Source of the DNA: Mobula hypostoma
Taxonomy: Eukaryota
NCBI RefSeq assembly: GCF_963921235.1
Contig: NC_086098.1
Span: forward strand, 5,084,001 to 5,148,000
Length of the DNA: 64,000 nt
Direction of reading: 5' to 3'
A program made the translations under genes and the position numbers. This document shows, piece after piece, positions 61,728-64,000 of the stretch. Position 1 is the first letter of the stretch, and each line of letters opens with the position of its first letter. The notes below the pieces were generated by a model. The model saw nothing but the letters and a program-made list of their open reading frames with translations. It was not told where the DNA came from and did no database searches.

Positions 61728-64000
61728 GTGACGTCGGGCAGTGCAGCGCGGCAGATTTAAAAGGGCAGACATCCTGCTTCGGGTTTGATTCGAAGAAGGA
61801 GTCTGAGAGTTTGAGTGGGAGTGCCGAGAAAGACATTTTTGAAATTTTCATTATTTTTTTTTCTCCAACGGCTTTCTGAGAGGCGGGACTGCGCAGGCGT
61901 ATGATGTCGGGCTGTGCAGCGCGGCAGATTTAAAAGGAACAAAGCCTCATAGAGCGGACAGCGTAGTTTGCGGGCGGCAGAGTGAGCCGGGAGCAGAGTG
62001 AAGACTTAAGGGCTTCGGCTCAACGGGCTTAGGTGGAAGCGGGCGAGGCGAGGAAGGTTTGACATTCATTTTCATTTGTTATTTGAGGAGAGGGGCATTA
62101 TGAGTGTGACGGCAGTTTGCTGTTCTCGGTGTCGGATGTGGGAGGCCCTGGAGTCTCCAAGCCTCCCGGATGTCTACATCTGCGCCAAGTGCATCGAGAT
62201 GCAGCTCCTAAGGGACCGCGTTACGGAACTGGAGCTGCAGCTCGATGACCTTCGTCTGGTCAGGGAGAGTGAGGAGGTGATAGAGAGGAGTGGAAGGCAG
62301 GTGGTCACGCCGGGGCCACGGGAGGCAGACAAGTGGGTCACGGTTAGGAGGGGGAAGGGGAAGAGTCAGGTAATAGAGAGTACCCCGGTGGCTGTGCCCC
62401 TTAACAACAGGTACTCCTGTTTGAGTACTGTTGGGGGGGACAGCTTACCTGGGGGAAGCGACAGTGGCCGTGCCTCCGGCACAGAGTCTGGCCCTGTAGC
62501 TCAGAAGGGTAGGCAAGGAAGAGGAGGGCGGTTGTGATAGGGGACTCGATAGTAAGGGGGTCAGATAGGCGATTCTGTGGACGCAGTCCAGAGACCCGGA
62601 TGGTAGTTTGCCTCCCTGGTGCCAGGGTCCGGGATATTTCTGATCGTGTCCAAGATATCCTGAAGTGGGAGGGTGAGGAGCCAGAGGTCGTGGTACATAT
62701 AGGTACCAATGACATAGGTAGGAAAAGGGATGAGGTCCTGAAAGGAGAATATAGGGAGCTAGGAAGGGAGATGAGAAAAAGGACCGCAAAGGCAGTAATC
62801 TCGGGATTACTGCCTGTGCCACGCGACAGTGAGAGTAGGAATGCGATGAGGTGGAGGATAAATGCGTGGCTGAGGGATTGGAGCAGGGGGCAGGGATTCA
62901 AGTTTTTGGATCATTGGGACCTCTTTTGGCGCAGGCGTGACCTGTACAAAAAGGACGGGTTACACTTGAATCCTAGGGGGACCAATATCCTGGCAGGGAG
63001 ATTAGCGGGGGCTACTGAGGTGACTTTAAACTAGAATGGTTGGGGGGTGGGAATCAAGTTAAAGAGGCTAGGCGTGAGGAGGTTAGTTCACAACAGAGGG
63101 ATGGGAACCAGTGCAGAGAGACAGAGGGGTGTAAAGTGAGTGTAGAAGCAAAAAGTACAAAGGAGAAAAGTAAAAGTGGCAGGCCGACAAATCCAGGGCA
63201 AGCATTAAAAAGGGCCACTTTTCAACATAATTGTACAAGGGCTAAGAGAGTTGTAAAAGAGCGCCTGAAGGCTTTATGTGTCAATGCAAGGAGCATTCGT
63301 AATAAGGTGGATGAATTGAAAGTGCAGATTGTTATTAATGATTATGATATAGTTGGGATCACAGAGACATGGCTCCAGGGTGACCAGGGATGGGAGCTCA
63401 ACATTCAGGGATATTCAATATTCAGGAGGGATAGACATGAAGGAAGGGGAGGTGGGGTGGCGTTGCTGGTTAAAAAAGAGATTAACACAATAGAAAGGAA
63501 GGACATAAGCCGGGAAGATGTGGAATCGATATGGGTAGAGCTGCGTAACACTAAGGGGCAGAAGACGCAGGTGGGAGTTGTGTACAGGCCACCTAACAGT
63601 AGTAGTGAGGTCGGAGATGGTATTAAACAGGAAATTAGAAATGTGTGCAATAAAGGAACAGCAGTTATAATGGGTGACTTCAATCTACATGTAGATTGGG
63701 TGAACCAAATTGGTAAAGGTGCTGAGGAAGAGGATTTCTTGGAATGTATGCGGGATGGTTTTTTGAACCAACATGTTGAGGAACCAACTAGAGAGCAGGC
63801 TATTCTGGACTGGGTTTTGAGCAATGAGGAAGGGTTAATTAGTGATCTTGTCGTGAGAGGCCCCTTGGGTAAGAGTGACCATAATATGGTGGAATTCTTC
63901 ATTAAGATGGAGAGTGACATAGTTAATTCAGAAACAAAGGTTCTGAACTTAAAGAGGGGTAACTTTGAAGGTATGAGATGTGAATTAGCTAAGATAGACT
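61728..64000 (+). mobile_element. CR1-A 5' half with 5' UTR; runs off the window
   Basis: CpG-rich 5' UTR; ORF1 62100-63034 (CxxC..CxxC, zipper, esterase; 1-nt deletion near 62512); ORF2 open from 63025 to the window end. Confidence 0.95.

Overview
Eukaryotic (vertebrate) DNA, almost certainly from a cartilaginous fish; a ray or skate is inferred from the repeat repertoire. About 90% of the window is nested transposable elements. It holds at least six CR1 LINE subfamilies (ORF1 = zinc finger/leucine zipper + SGNH esterase, ORF2 = APE endonuclease + RT), Rex1/Babar LINEs, a Penelope element with hammerhead ribozyme motifs, and RTE-derived short elements. It also holds V-SINEs, two Gypsy LTR elements plus solo LTRs, and hAT, Tc1 and Chapaev3 DNA-transposon remnants. 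The only host-gene sequence recognised is an intronless DEK retrocopy. Subfamily letters A-G are my own labels. Best leads: (1) every intact CR1 ORF1/ORF2 junction (5 copies, 4 divergent subfamilies) has an in-frame T-TTA-AAC slippery heptamer just before the ORF1 stop; in the young subfamily ORF2 lies in the -1 frame and has no AUG before the endonuclease, which points to programmed -1 frameshifting. (2) The DEK retrocopy has the full architecture of a twin-priming inversion. (3) A five-level TE nest can be resolved with target-site duplications (TSDs). (4) A young non-autonomous Gmr1-like Gypsy keeps a 939-aa ORF open through a ruined pol.
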